DNA from: a virus
Taxonomy: Duplodnaviria > Heunggongvirae > Uroviricota > Caudoviricetes
IMG/VR virus record: IMGVR_UViG_3300038345_000251
Span: 96,001 to 160,000 of that record
Direction: 5' to 3' (one strand)
Length of the DNA stretch: 64,000 bases
Positions within the stretch are counted from its first letter, which is position 1; the number at the start of each line of letters is the position of its first letter. The position numbers and the translations under genes were made by a program. The notes under the pieces are model-generated. The model did no database searches, was not told the origin of the DNA, and saw only the letters and a list, made by a program, of their open reading frames with translations. Below are positions 26,984 to 36,553 of the stretch, in pieces.

Positions 26984-27302
26984 AGTTTTCGTTAAATGTG
27001 TTGACTATAGCACTTAAAAAATGTGCTTCAGCATCTATACCAAATTTTTCGTCATATTCTTTTAAATTGTCAAGTTGTTTTAATGAATTAACAATTACTT
27101 TAACTAAACTTTCTGGAGAATAATCCTCTACAAGTTTCCCTTCACGAAAAACTTTACATAAAGTAATGAATGAGTATTGAATTATATACTTTTGAATAAA
27201 CTCATATAACTCATTAAAACGTTTTTCAAATTCTTCTTGTTTATCTTTGTCAATGTCTTTTAATGTTTTAAAAAGAATCATTGTTAAAAAATCTTCTTTC
27301 AT
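26970..27302 (-). CDS. Hypothetical protein
   Basis: 110-aa operon ORF. Confidence 0.65.
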   Translation of the reverse strand: MKEDFLTMILFKTLKDIDKDKQEEFEKRFNELYEFIQKYIIQYSFITLCKVFREGKLVEDYSPESLVKVIVNSLKQLDNLKEYDEKFGIDAEAHFLSAIVNTFNENYGTF

Positions 27303-29326
27303 TATTTATCGTTTTCTTTTTTTATTATTTGGTTTATTATTAACTCTTTTCTTAAAACAGTATTCCACATTTTCTCATATTGAGTGTCTTTAAAGAATTG
27401 ATAGTATATAAAAACTTCTCTTTCTTGCCCGATACGGTAAACTCTATCTTCACATTGTCTACAATCACCAGGAACATATGAAAAGTTATTAAATACAACA
27501 ACTCTTGAAACAGTTAGGTTTATACCAACACCTGCTGCTTGTACGTTTCCAATAAAAACCTTTACACTTGGATTATTAATAAATTCATTTTTAGCCTGGT
27601 CCTTTTCTTTCAAAGACATTTTTCCGTTATATATCACACATTTGTCTTGGTAGTAATCTCTTAACGTATAAAGTTCTTCATCATAACAACAAAATATAAT
27701 AACTTTTTCATCTTTAGCAAGACATCTATCAACAAACTTAATAGTATGAGGGACCATTCTATTTGAAAGGTATCTTCTATATAAACCACCTTCCAAAAGT
27801 TCCTTATTTATGTCTTTATTTGGATTTTCTTCTAATTTTTCACGTTCATATTCTTCCCAAAGTCTATTATACTCTTCTTTTTCTTCATCTGTTAACAGAT
27901 AAACTCTTTCTAACACATGTTTTTTTGGTAATTCATTAAAATCTTCTTTAGTTCGTCTTAAATATATATGTTTTGTTCTTTCTTTAAGTTCGTCAAGATT
28001 ACTTGAACCTTTACCAATCCATCTAAATTTCACTTTTTGTGTGAGACTATCATTTAAAGATTTTTTTTCGGCTTCGGAAAGTTCATACCAACTGTTCTTT
28101 TTACATGATTTAACAAATTCATCAGTAATTTTTTTCTTTTTTGCTCTTTCTTCGTCATTAATTGGCATTCTGAAACCATCACAATAGTGTTCGATATAAT
28201 ATTGCCAATCGTTTGTTACTTCAGAATCAAGTAAGTACAACAAATTATAATAGTTTTGTGGATTATTTGTGATAGGAGTACCTGTAGCAAGGTAAATACT
28301 ATCAGGTTTTCCCCTTTTAATTAAACTATTAATGATTTTATATTGTTGAGACTTCATATTTGAAAGATTATGTGCCTCATCAATAATAATTAATGATTTT
28401 CTGTCAACAATAAATTGTAAAAGAGAACTATTTGCTTCTGCTTCTTCAATATCAATCTTTTTTCTTGACTTTGGAAGTTTATAAAACTCATCTAAAATGT
28501 CATAATTTACAATAACAAAACGATTTTCGTTCCATTTTCCACGTTCTTTTGCTTCTGCTTGAAGTTCTGGGATTGTTTTACCTGATTTTCCTATTCCATA
28601 ACCTAAATATTTTTCTAATTCAGACTTTTTCATACCAGTAAAACCGCCAATAATTGATATTTCACGTTCAGGGATAAAAAAGTTCAGTTCTTCGAACCAA
28701 TTTGATTTAAGTGAAGCAGGACAAATAATTAAAACACAGTCAAAGTTACCTTCAATTGCTGCAATTGACAATTCAAGTGTTTTTCCTAATCCCATTGAAT
28801 CAGCCAAAACACATTTTTTTCTTGAAAGTAGGAATTTAACACCATCTTTTTGATGTGGTTTAATATTTCTAATTTTATCAGGTCTCATTTTTTGTTGAAG
28901 TCTGTCATATCTATCAAAATCAATTTGAAGTTTACTATAATCTTCGGACAAGAAGTTAGTCATTACGCCTTTCTTGTTAAGAAAAACGTAAATATATTCC
29001 ATATTTTGGCGATACTTAAGTAAACAATGAAATGTTGTTTCTGTTTCCCCTAAAAAGTATTTAATTTCAAGTTTTTTAGGTAAAAACTCTATTTCCCATT
29101 CTTTTTGAAGATTCTTCGCATACCAATCAGTTATTTTAACAACTTTTTTAATCAGTTTTGGCTCTCTATCGTAGTTTTTTAATATATATTCAATATTAAA
29201 ATCGTTAAGTTCTAACTTTTTAGTAACAAAAACTTCTTTTTTTAAGTTGAGTAAGTATGGATTTCCACCTTCGTATTCTTTAAGTAAATCAATCGCCCTA
29301 CATCTATCTTCAACTTCTATTGTCAT
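27302..29326 (-). CDS. SNF2-family helicase/translocase
   Basis: LADSMGLGKT, ICPASLK.NW, DEAH, TGTPITN, AAGVGINL, QCEDRVYRIGQ. Confidence 0.92.
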   Translation of the reverse strand: MTIEVEDRCRAIDLLKEYEGGNPYLLNLKKEVFVTKKLELNDFNIEYILKNYDREPKLIKKVVKITDWYAKNLQKEWEIEFLPKKLEIKYFLGETETTFHCLLKYRQNMEYIYVFLNKKGVMTNFLSEDYSKLQIDFDRYDRLQQKMRPDKIRNIKPHQKDGVKFLLSRKKCVLADSMGLGKTLELSIAAIEGNFDCVLIICPASLKSNWFEELNFFIPEREISIIGGFTGMKKSELEKYLGYGIGKSGKTIPELQAEAKERGKWNENRFVIVNYDILDEFYKLPKSRKKIDIEEAEANSSLLQFIVDRKSLIIIDEAHNLSNMKSQQYKIINSLIKRGKPDSIYLATGTPITNNPQNYYNLLYLLDSEVTNDWQYYIEHYCDGFRMPINDEERAKKKKITDEFVKSCKKNSWYELSEAEKKSLNDSLTQKVKFRWIGKGSSNLDELKERTKHIYLRRTKEDFNELPKKHVLERVYLLTDEEKEEYNRLWEEYEREKLEENPNKDINKELLEGGLYRRYLSNRMVPHTIKFVDRCLAKDEKVIIFCCYDEELYTLRDYYQDKCVIYNGKMSLKEKDQAKNEFINNPSVKVFIGNVQAAGVGINLTVSRVVVFNNFSYVPGDCRQCEDRVYRIGQEREVFIYYQFFKDTQYEKMWNTVLRKELIINQIIKKENDK

Positions 29327-29343
29327 ATTTTTTTAGTCTTTAA

Positions 29344-29375
29344 CAAAAATACAAAAAAAATCTGGAAAAATCAAG
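29344..29375 (-). promoter_or_regulatory. Bacteroidota-type promoter
   Basis: CTTG-N20-TATTTTTG. Confidence 0.7.
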
Positions 29376-29380
29376 TCCCT

Positions 29381-29535
29381 ATATTAATTACCAGTACTAT
29401 AATAATATATTATATAATAATATATTTAATTAAATATATATTTACTAGAATAAATATAAGTTAATAAAATTATATTGAGCTAAATATTTATGTTCTTTAA
29501 AAAATATTTATTATATATAATTAATTTAAATAAAT
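29381..29535. other. Extremely AT-rich non-coding tract at the main strand switch
   Basis: Nearly pure A/T with ATAATATATT repeats; genes diverge on either side. Confidence 0.5.
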
Positions 29536-30219
29536 ATGGGAAACAGAAAACTCATAATAAGTGAAGAACAATACAACTATTTAATGAATGAAATGGCATA
29601 TCCAACAAGTTTTAATATGGATGTGTTTAAGAACTTGCCTACATTTGCTAAAAGAATAGAATATTGTCAAAGTAGACTTCAAAGGCTTTCATCTGGTAGT
29701 TCAAGGATTGTATATAAAGTTGATAATGAGAAAGTGTTGAAACTTGCTAAAAATAGAAAGGGAATTGCTCAAAACGAATGTGAAGCATCTGACTATTATA
29801 AAAAATCAATAGGATGTTTTGCTGAAGTTTATGAATATGATGATAATTATTTGTGGATTGAAATGCAATTTGCAAGAAAAGCAAAACTTTCTGATTTTAA
29901 ACGTATTTTAGGCGTTGATTTTAAAGTTGTATGTGATTTTATAATGGATTATTGGAATAGTTATTCAAGAAGTAGATGGTCAAGACCTATTTCACCTGAA
30001 TCAAAAAAAATCTTTGATAGTGAATGGTTTCAAGAACAAATGGAAAATTATTCATTATTTACTTATTTGGCTGAATATCTTGGTAATTATCAACCAGATA
30101 TAATTGGAGATTTAATGCGTTTATCTTCATGGGGAGTTGTAACTGATAATGGTGAGGAAAGTCTTGTAATAATTGATTTTGGACTTGACGATAATGTATA
30201 TAACGAATATTATAGATAA
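29536..30219 (+). CDS. Leader-bearing protein kinase-like protein
   Basis: LSSGSSRIVY (G-loop), VLKLAK, QNECE, GDLMRLSSWG, IIDFG; N-terminus RKLIISEEQYNYLMNE. Confidence 0.7.
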   Translation: MGNRKLIISEEQYNYLMNEMAYPTSFNMDVFKNLPTFAKRIEYCQSRLQRLSSGSSRIVYKVDNEKVLKLAKNRKGIAQNECEASDYYKKSIGCFAEVYEYDDNYLWIEMQFARKAKLSDFKRILGVDFKVVCDFIMDYWNSYSRSRWSRPISPESKKIFDSEWFQEQMENYSLFTYLAEYLGNYQPDIIGDLMRLSSWGVVTDNGEESLVIIDFGLDDNVYNEYYR

Positions 30220-30233
30220 AAAAATAAACATAT

Positions 30234-30779
30234 ATGCCAATTACATTTGATAATACAAACATAAGAAGAAAGAATCCGATAAAACGTAATAATAAATTCT
30301 TTTCAAGTGAAGATTTTACCCTTGAAATGGAATTTACTACAGAATACATGGAACAGGATGCTAATCAGACAATTATCCTTTATCAAGTTGATTATGAAAA
30401 GACAAAAGTAAATGATGTCTATAAAGAGGCTGAAAAGGGTAAAATACGTTTTAAAACACCTGTTGAATTAACTGTGATTTACGATTTGGAAGATGCTGAA
30501 ACAAAAGCATATAAAGAAAATATGAGTAAAGGTATTTATGTAAAACCTGGTAAATTAACTTTCAGTGTTTTATTGACAGAACTTGAAGAAGTTGGATGTG
30601 ATATTTCAAGAGGTGATTACATTGGTATTCAGATTACTCCTGAATATATGATTTATTTTACTGTGGCGGATGATGGAAAGATGGGAATGACTTCAAACAA
30701 AAATACGTTATATGGCACACAACCATTTTATCGTACTGTCAGATGTAATTATGTAGATGTAAGTGAATTTAATGGATAA
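30234..30779 (+). CDS. Putative neck / head-closure protein (gp14-like)
   Basis: Position upstream of tail completion and sheath genes; NDVYKEA..KF..PVEL, ISRGDYI. Confidence 0.55.
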   Translation: MPITFDNTNIRRKNPIKRNNKFFSSEDFTLEMEFTTEYMEQDANQTIILYQVDYEKTKVNDVYKEAEKGKIRFKTPVELTVIYDLEDAETKAYKENMSKGIYVKPGKLTFSVLLTELEEVGCDISRGDYIGIQITPEYMIYFTVADDGKMGMTSNKNTLYGTQPFYRTVRCNYVDVSEFNG

Positions 30780-30781
30780 TT

Positions 30782-31951
30782 ATGGGAAGTAGAGATTTTA
30801 AAAATGTATTACCGTTAAGAGATAAGTCTTACGGTTTGGAAAGAAGGCAGAATTTGACAAAGGAAGAATTGTCAAATTCTTCTCCATTCCCTAAGCCCAT
30901 AACATATGAAGATATTGACAAAGAGTTCAAAAAATGGGTTGATGAAAAAATTGAAATTGTCTATGAAGGAAAACGAATACCGACATATTCACTTTTTTCA
31001 AATCAAAGATTTTCAGAGTATTTACAGTCTTGGGAACACGTGGATGATAAAAAGAATCCAATTTTGAATTTTAAAACTGTCACAAGAGAAAGTAATCCTC
31101 AACCAGGAACAATTAATGGTGATTCAAAAAATATTCCTGGTGAAAGAACTTATTTGATGCAAAGAGTAGAAGCAAGAGATAAAAACGATAGAAAATACTA
31201 TATTGATTATCGAATGAAACAGCCTATGGGAGTTGATTTTAGATATAGTGTTAGTATTATGACAAATCGTTACGAACTTGTAAATGAGTTTAATCAGTTA
31301 ATAAATAATGAGTTCAAGGCTATTACTGCTTATTTAAGAGTTAACGGACATTTCATTTCAATGAAATTGGAAAATATATCTGATGAATCACAATATAATA
31401 TTGATGACCGTCAGTTTTATTCCCAATCTTGTAGTATACTTGTAAAGGGGTATATTATAACAAAAGAAGATTTTATTGTGAAAGAAATACCTGTATTTAA
31501 GTTTATGGATTTTGAAGTTGATAGACGGAATACGTTTGCAGATATTGAGGAATTACCTTGTCCAACACCTGAAAATCATTACTATTATAAACCACTTTTA
31601 CTTAAAGTAGGGTTATCAACCTGTGATGAAAAAATTAAGTTTGTAATGGATTGTAATTTTACTGTTGAACGTTTGGAATTTATTAATAGTGTGTCATTTG
31701 TATTTAGAGTAAATGATGAAATTACTGAATTGAAAGAAGGTTTGTTAATACCTGAAGGTGCTGAAGTGAAATTTAGCAAAGTTCGTAGAAAGAATTATGA
31801 TGATTGTGTGATTTATAATATTTATGGTGTTGAAAAGGACGTTGTTTATGATGATAGAAAAAATAACGAAGAACTTGATATAAACCAAAAACAAATAAAT
31901 GAGGTAGTAGAAATATCGTATGATGATAATGATTGCTTTAATAATCAATAA
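30782..31951 (+). CDS. Putative tail completion / terminator protein (gp15-like)
   Basis: EDIDKEFKKW, PMGVDFRYSVSIMT; immediately before the sheath gene. Confidence 0.55.
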   Translation: MGSRDFKNVLPLRDKSYGLERRQNLTKEELSNSSPFPKPITYEDIDKEFKKWVDEKIEIVYEGKRIPTYSLFSNQRFSEYLQSWEHVDDKKNPILNFKTVTRESNPQPGTINGDSKNIPGERTYLMQRVEARDKNDRKYYIDYRMKQPMGVDFRYSVSIMTNRYELVNEFNQLINNEFKAITAYLRVNGHFISMKLENISDESQYNIDDRQFYSQSCSILVKGYIITKEDFIVKEIPVFKFMDFEVDRRNTFADIEELPCPTPENHYYYKPLLLKVGLSTCDEKIKFVMDCNFTVERLEFINSVSFVFRVNDEITELKEGLLIPEGAEVKFSKVRRKNYDDCVIYNIYGVEKDVVYDDRKNNEELDINQKQINEVVEISYDDNDCFNNQ

Positions 31952-31988
31952 AAAAACTTTTTAATAAGGATATTTTTGATTAGAATCT

Positions 31989-31997
31989 ACTATTTAT
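31989..31997 (+). promoter_or_regulatory. Putative late promoter ACTATTTAT
   Basis: Upstream of the tail sheath gene. Confidence 0.7.
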
Positions 31998-32044
31998 AAG
32001 AAAATACTGAAAAATAATAATTTAAAAAAACAAATAGAAAAGTT

Positions 32045-34858
32045 ATGATAAGTGATACAAGAGGTGGCCACGTTTCACCTGGCGTTTATACAGAAGAAAA
32101 AGATGTTACTTATTCAGCTAAAAGTCTTGGTATTACAAGTCTCGGTCTTGTTGGTGAAACTTTAAAGGGTCCAGCTTTTCAGAATATTCCAATTAAAGAT
32201 TGGACAGAGTTTACCGAATACTTTGGTGGTACTTCTCCTGAAAAATATGTAGGTACTGGTCTCCCTAAATATGAGTTGCCTTACATTGCTAAAGAATATC
32301 TTAATGATTCAAATAATCTTAATGTTGTTCGTGTACTTGGTATTTCAGGTTATGATACAAGTAAAGCATTTGGTGTACAAGTAAACGTTGACAGTACAAA
32401 AATTCCTTTGGTAATCCTTCGTTCAAAAGGTGATTATAAAGGTGATGCTGGTTCAAGTGAATGTGAAACAGGTAAAGAGAAATTCAGACCTTATGTTAAA
32501 TCAGTAAAAGTATCAGAGTATAAGGGTAATGAATATTCATCTGAATGTACTTTAACTGGAACACAATATAAAGTTCCACTTACAGGTAAAGTTGTTGTTG
32601 ATGAATATGGAAATCATTTTGCTGTTGCTACATCAGCAGAAACAGGTGATGTTGATAGAGAAATTGGTAAATTTACTCTTACTGTTACAATGATTGATGA
32701 ACCTAATCCATATGGAAAGAGTTCAGCATATACCTACAATGTTTCAATTCATCCTGAAGATAGAGAATATATTTATAAAGTATTTAGTACTGACCCTCTT
32801 CTTGGTTCAGCACCAGTGTTTATTGAATCAGTTTTTGATTTTGCATATGATTTCTTACTTCAGAAAACCGATTCAGGTAAAACTGTAACATTTAGTGCAA
32901 TATCTAATCAGAGTGGTGAAGGTATCATAGAAAGCGGAACATCTGCAACAACAGAAAGTGATGGAACAGTTGTTTTGAATCCTAAATATGAAAATTATTG
33001 CGATTTTAAAGAATCATACCGTTGTGCTATAACACCTTGGGTTGTTTCAGAAGTTAAAGGTGCAACAGAATCTTCAATTAATGTTAAAAAGTTGTTTAGA
33101 TTCTATACAATTTCCGATGGTAATGCATCTAACTACCAAGTAAAAATCTCAATTCAGAAAATCCGTCCAGAAGAAGGATTATTTGATGTTTGGGTACGTG
33201 ACTTCTATGATACAGATGTTAATCCTATGGTTCTTGAAAAATTCACAAATGTTACATTAAGAGAAGGACAGTCTAACTATCTTGGTCTTAAGATGGGTAC
33301 ATTTGATGGTGAATATGAAATCAAATCAAAATATGTAACTGTAGAAATTTCTAAAGAAGAAGGTGTTGAATCGTCAGTACCTTGTGGTTTCATTGGCTAT
33401 CCTGTTCCAACTTATGGAATTGGTAAACTTGAATTGGCATACAATACATTATTTGATGTAACAGTTAAACCTAAGAGACAGTACTTCGGTCTTAACAGTT
33501 CAGTTCTTGACGAAGATGTTCTTAACTATAAGGGTAAATGGAATTATGTATTTGAACCTGCTGAAACACCTGAAAGACTTACAAATGGTTTCCACCTTGA
33601 TGCAATTCTTTCAATGCCAGGAAATGATGCTGTTTCAGGAAATACATTGAAGAATGCTAAAATCTATGTTGACGATATTCAGTTTAGTGCTGGTTCATTC
33701 ACAACAGTAGATAGTGTTCAGGTTAAAGGTAAACAGTATAATCTTCCTAGAATAGTTACTGAAGATTATATGAAGAACACAATTTATCAAGATGTAAATC
33801 TTCGTAAATTCACTTTATATCCTTATGGTGGTTTTGATGGTTGGGATATTTACAGAGAAAAGAGAACAAATACGAATGATTATAAAGCAACACAATATCC
33901 AATCGTTCCTGGTGGACCATTTACTGTTGTAAATCCTGATAATATTGCAACACTTGACCCAACACTTGACCTTGGTTTACCTGCAACTGCAATTACATCT
34001 GACTACTACGCATATCTTGCTGGTTACTGTCAGTTTGCAAATCCTGAAGATATTGACATTAACTTGTTTGCAACACCTGGTGTTGACATCAGAAGTAATG
34101 TTCTTCTTATCGAAGATGCACTTGATATTATCGAAGACCCTGAAGATGGTCGTGGTGGTGATGCACTTTATGTTATTAATTCAGCAAGAGACGGTGTGGC
34201 TGATGAAATTGTAGATGACCTTGAAAATTCAGAAATTGATACATCATACGGTGCAACATATTGGCCTTGGGTTAAATACTTTGATAAAACTGCTAACAAG
34301 TATATCATGCTTTCACCTACAAAAGATGTTGTACGTAATATGGCTGAAACTGATAATAAATCAAATCCTTGGTTCGCACCAGCAGGTGTTAATAGAGGTA
34401 GAATGAATGTTACTAAAGCTGAACAGAAAACAAAACTTCTTGATGAAGATGAACTTTACGGTAACAGAATTAACCCTATTAAAACTTTTGCACAAGACGG
34501 TGTTCTTGTTTGGGGTAACAAAACTCTTTATACCAAAGAAACACCACTTAACAGAATTAATGTAAGAAGACTTATGATTCGTGTTAAGAAACTTGTCAAG
34601 ATTGCTGCAAGACAAATGATATTTGACCAAATGGATAGTTCACTTGAACAGCAATTCCGTTCACTTGTTGAACCAATCCTTGCAGATGTTAAATCAAAGA
34701 GAGGTATTATTGACTATAGAATTATGACTGAAAGTACTCCTGAAACGAGAGACCAGCATATTCTTCCTGCAAGAATCCTTATTAAACCTATGCAAGCATT
34801 GGAATATATCAGTATTAGTTTTGTGGTCTACCCAGAGAGTGTAGATTTTATAGAATAA
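32045..34858 (+). CDS. Contractile tail sheath protein (gp18-like)
   Basis: SPGVYTEEKD, GETLKGPAF, YWPWV, PWFAPAGVNRG, INPI, VWGNKTL, RINVRRL. Confidence 0.95.
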   Translation: MISDTRGGHVSPGVYTEEKDVTYSAKSLGITSLGLVGETLKGPAFQNIPIKDWTEFTEYFGGTSPEKYVGTGLPKYELPYIAKEYLNDSNNLNVVRVLGISGYDTSKAFGVQVNVDSTKIPLVILRSKGDYKGDAGSSECETGKEKFRPYVKSVKVSEYKGNEYSSECTLTGTQYKVPLTGKVVVDEYGNHFAVATSAETGDVDREIGKFTLTVTMIDEPNPYGKSSAYTYNVSIHPEDREYIYKVFSTDPLLGSAPVFIESVFDFAYDFLLQKTDSGKTVTFSAISNQSGEGIIESGTSATTESDGTVVLNPKYENYCDFKESYRCAITPWVVSEVKGATESSINVKKLFRFYTISDGNASNYQVKISIQKIRPEEGLFDVWVRDFYDTDVNPMVLEKFTNVTLREGQSNYLGLKMGTFDGEYEIKSKYVTVEISKEEGVESSVPCGFIGYPVPTYGIGKLELAYNTLFDVTVKPKRQYFGLNSSVLDEDVLNYKGKWNYVFEPAETPERLTNGFHLDAILSMPGNDAVSGNTLKNAKIYVDDIQFSAGSFTTVDSVQVKGKQYNLPRIVTEDYMKNTIYQDVNLRKFTLYPYGGFDGWDIYREKRTNTNDYKATQYPIVPGGPFTVVNPDNIATLDPTLDLGLPATAITSDYYAYLAGYCQFANPEDIDINLFATPGVDIRSNVLLIEDALDIIEDPEDGRGGDALYVINSARDGVADEIVDDLENSEIDTSYGATYWPWVKYFDKTANKYIMLSPTKDVVRNMAETDNKSNPWFAPAGVNRGRMNVTKAEQKTKLLDEDELYGNRINPIKTFAQDGVLVWGNKTLYTKETPLNRINVRRLMIRVKKLVKIAARQMIFDQMDSSLEQQFRSLVEPILADVKSKRGIIDYRIMTESTPETRDQHILPARILIKPMQALEYISISFVVYPESVDFIE

Positions 34859-34877
34859 CACTGAAATTAAACTATTT

Positions 34878-34912
34878 AAAATGTCAGAATTTAAATTCTG
34901 ACATTTTTTTTT
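34878..34912 (+). terminator. Intrinsic terminator after the sheath gene
   Basis: AAAATGTCAGAATTTAAATTCTGACATTTT palindrome plus U tract. Confidence 0.85.
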
Positions 34913-34976
34913 ATATATTATTTCATTAAACTTGACTTTTTCAGGATTTTTTTATATTTATGTAAAAAACAATATT

Positions 34977-35975
34977 ATGAATGAGAAACAAGTTTTAAAA
35001 AAAGAACGGTTTGTTGAAAAAGCAAAAAAAATCCATAATAATAAATATGATTATAGTAAAGTTGATTATGTTAATTGTAAAATAAAAGTTTGTATTGTAT
35101 GCCCCGAACATGGAGAATTTTGGCAAACACCTGATAACCATTTGCAAGGTAGAGGTTGTCCTGTTTGCAGATATATTTCTTCTGGAAGAAATAATTCATT
35201 AACACAAGAGGAATTTATTAAACGTGCAAAAGAAATACACGGAGATAGATACGATTATTCCAAAGTAAATTACATTAATAATCGTACTAAAGTTTGTATT
35301 ATATGTCCCGAACATGGAGAATTTTGGCAAGAGCCAACAACACATTTAGATAATAAAGCAGGATGCCCAAAGTGTTCTAAAAATTATAGATATACTACAG
35401 AAGAATTTTTATCATCGTTACCTGAATGGATAAAAGAAAGGTATGATTTTTCAAAATTTGTGTATAAAAGAACACACGAAAAATCAACAGTTATCTGTTC
35501 TGAACACGGAGAATTTTTAATGTCACCGCATAATATTAGAAAGGGAATAGGTTGTCCAGGATGTAGTGAAAGTAAAATAGAAAGAGAAATACGTTTGTTT
35601 TTAAAGAAAAATAACATAAGATATTTTTCTGAATATAAACATACTAAAGAGTTCTGTAAACAAGCATTGGACTTTTATTTACCTGATTACAACATAGGAA
35701 TTGAATGTCAAGGAATACAACATTTTGAACCTACTGATTTTGCTGGTAAAGGTATTGAGTGGGCAAAAGATGAATATAAAAATAATATTGAACTTGATAT
35801 TAATAAACAAAATTTATGTAAAAAAAATAATATTAAATTAATATATTTTACAACGGTAGAACATAAGAAGTTAATAACAGAAAATAAAAATACACATTTT
35901 AAAGGCTATAATGTTTTTACTTGTATAGAAGATATTGAAAAAATATTAGAAAGTGTTTCATTTGATGAAAACTAA
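34977..35975 (+). CDS. Homing endonuclease-like protein: three Cys/His repeats plus PD-(D/E)XK domain
   Basis: KYDYSKV..CPEHGEFWQ..GCP.C x3; LDFYLPDYNIGIECQGIQH; ATG 34977 preferred. Confidence 0.8.
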   Translation: MNEKQVLKKERFVEKAKKIHNNKYDYSKVDYVNCKIKVCIVCPEHGEFWQTPDNHLQGRGCPVCRYISSGRNNSLTQEEFIKRAKEIHGDRYDYSKVNYINNRTKVCIICPEHGEFWQEPTTHLDNKAGCPKCSKNYRYTTEEFLSSLPEWIKERYDFSKFVYKRTHEKSTVICSEHGEFLMSPHNIRKGIGCPGCSESKIEREIRLFLKKNNIRYFSEYKHTKEFCKQALDFYLPDYNIGIECQGIQHFEPTDFAGKGIEWAKDEYKNNIELDINKQNLCKKNNIKLIYFTTVEHKKLITENKNTHFKGYNVFTCIEDIEKILESVSFDEN

Positions 35976-35995
35976 TTAATAAACAAATATTTATG

Positions 35996-36027
35996 AAAAA
36001 CCTGTGAAGAAATTCACAGGTTTTTTT
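35996..36027 (+). terminator. Intrinsic terminator
   Basis: AAAAACCTGTGAA-GAAA-TTCACAGGTTTTTTT. Confidence 0.85.
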
Positions 36028-36056
36028 GTTTTTATAAAATATAATTTGTATTTTTG
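36025..36056 (+). promoter_or_regulatory. Bacteroidota-type promoter
   Basis: TTTG-N20-TATTTTTG. Confidence 0.75.
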
Positions 36057-36070
36057 TAAAGACTAAATTA

Positions 36071-36253
36071 ATGTTATTTATGACAGTAGAAGAACTTATT
36101 AATGAGTTATCAAAATTTCCTTTGGAAATGGAAGTTGTTGATTATGCTTTGGACCCAATATTAAGTGTACATATTAAGACTTGGGTTGATAGTAATTATC
36201 CTTATGATAGACCCGATAAAGATTATGTTTGTTTAGATTGCGATTATGAATAG
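36071..36253 (+). CDS. Small hypothetical protein
   Basis: MTVEELINELSKFP..MEV N-terminus typical of small phage proteins. Confidence 0.65.
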   Translation: MLFMTVEELINELSKFPLEMEVVDYALDPILSVHIKTWVDSNYPYDRPDKDYVCLDCDYE

Positions 36254-36551
36254 TTATATTATAGTTTATGATTTAAGGCATAATGAGAAGAATTATATGC
36301 CTTTATATATAACAATAAAAGAGAATTACCCAAAATATTTTCATTTAACAGAGAATAGTTGGGTAATATTTACTGATGATACTGCTAAAGAAATTAGTGC
36401 GAAGATTAAAGATAAGTTTTATTATGAACATCTTCATTGTGATACTTTTTTGGTACATAAGTTAGATGATAGTAAAGATTATGAAGGGTTTACTGCAACA
36501 TCATTTTATGATTTTTTAATTGAAAATAGAAATAAAGAAGTAGAAGAATAA
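36246..36551 (+). CDS. Cas2/VapD-like ferredoxin-fold protein
   Basis: YIIVYDL ... Y..L...I ... HLTENSWVI pattern. Confidence 0.5.
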   Translation: MNSYIIVYDLRHNEKNYMPLYITIKENYPKYFHLTENSWVIFTDDTAKEISAKIKDKFYYEHLHCDTFLVHKLDDSKDYEGFTATSFYDFLIENRNKEVEE

Positions 36552-36553
36552 AT

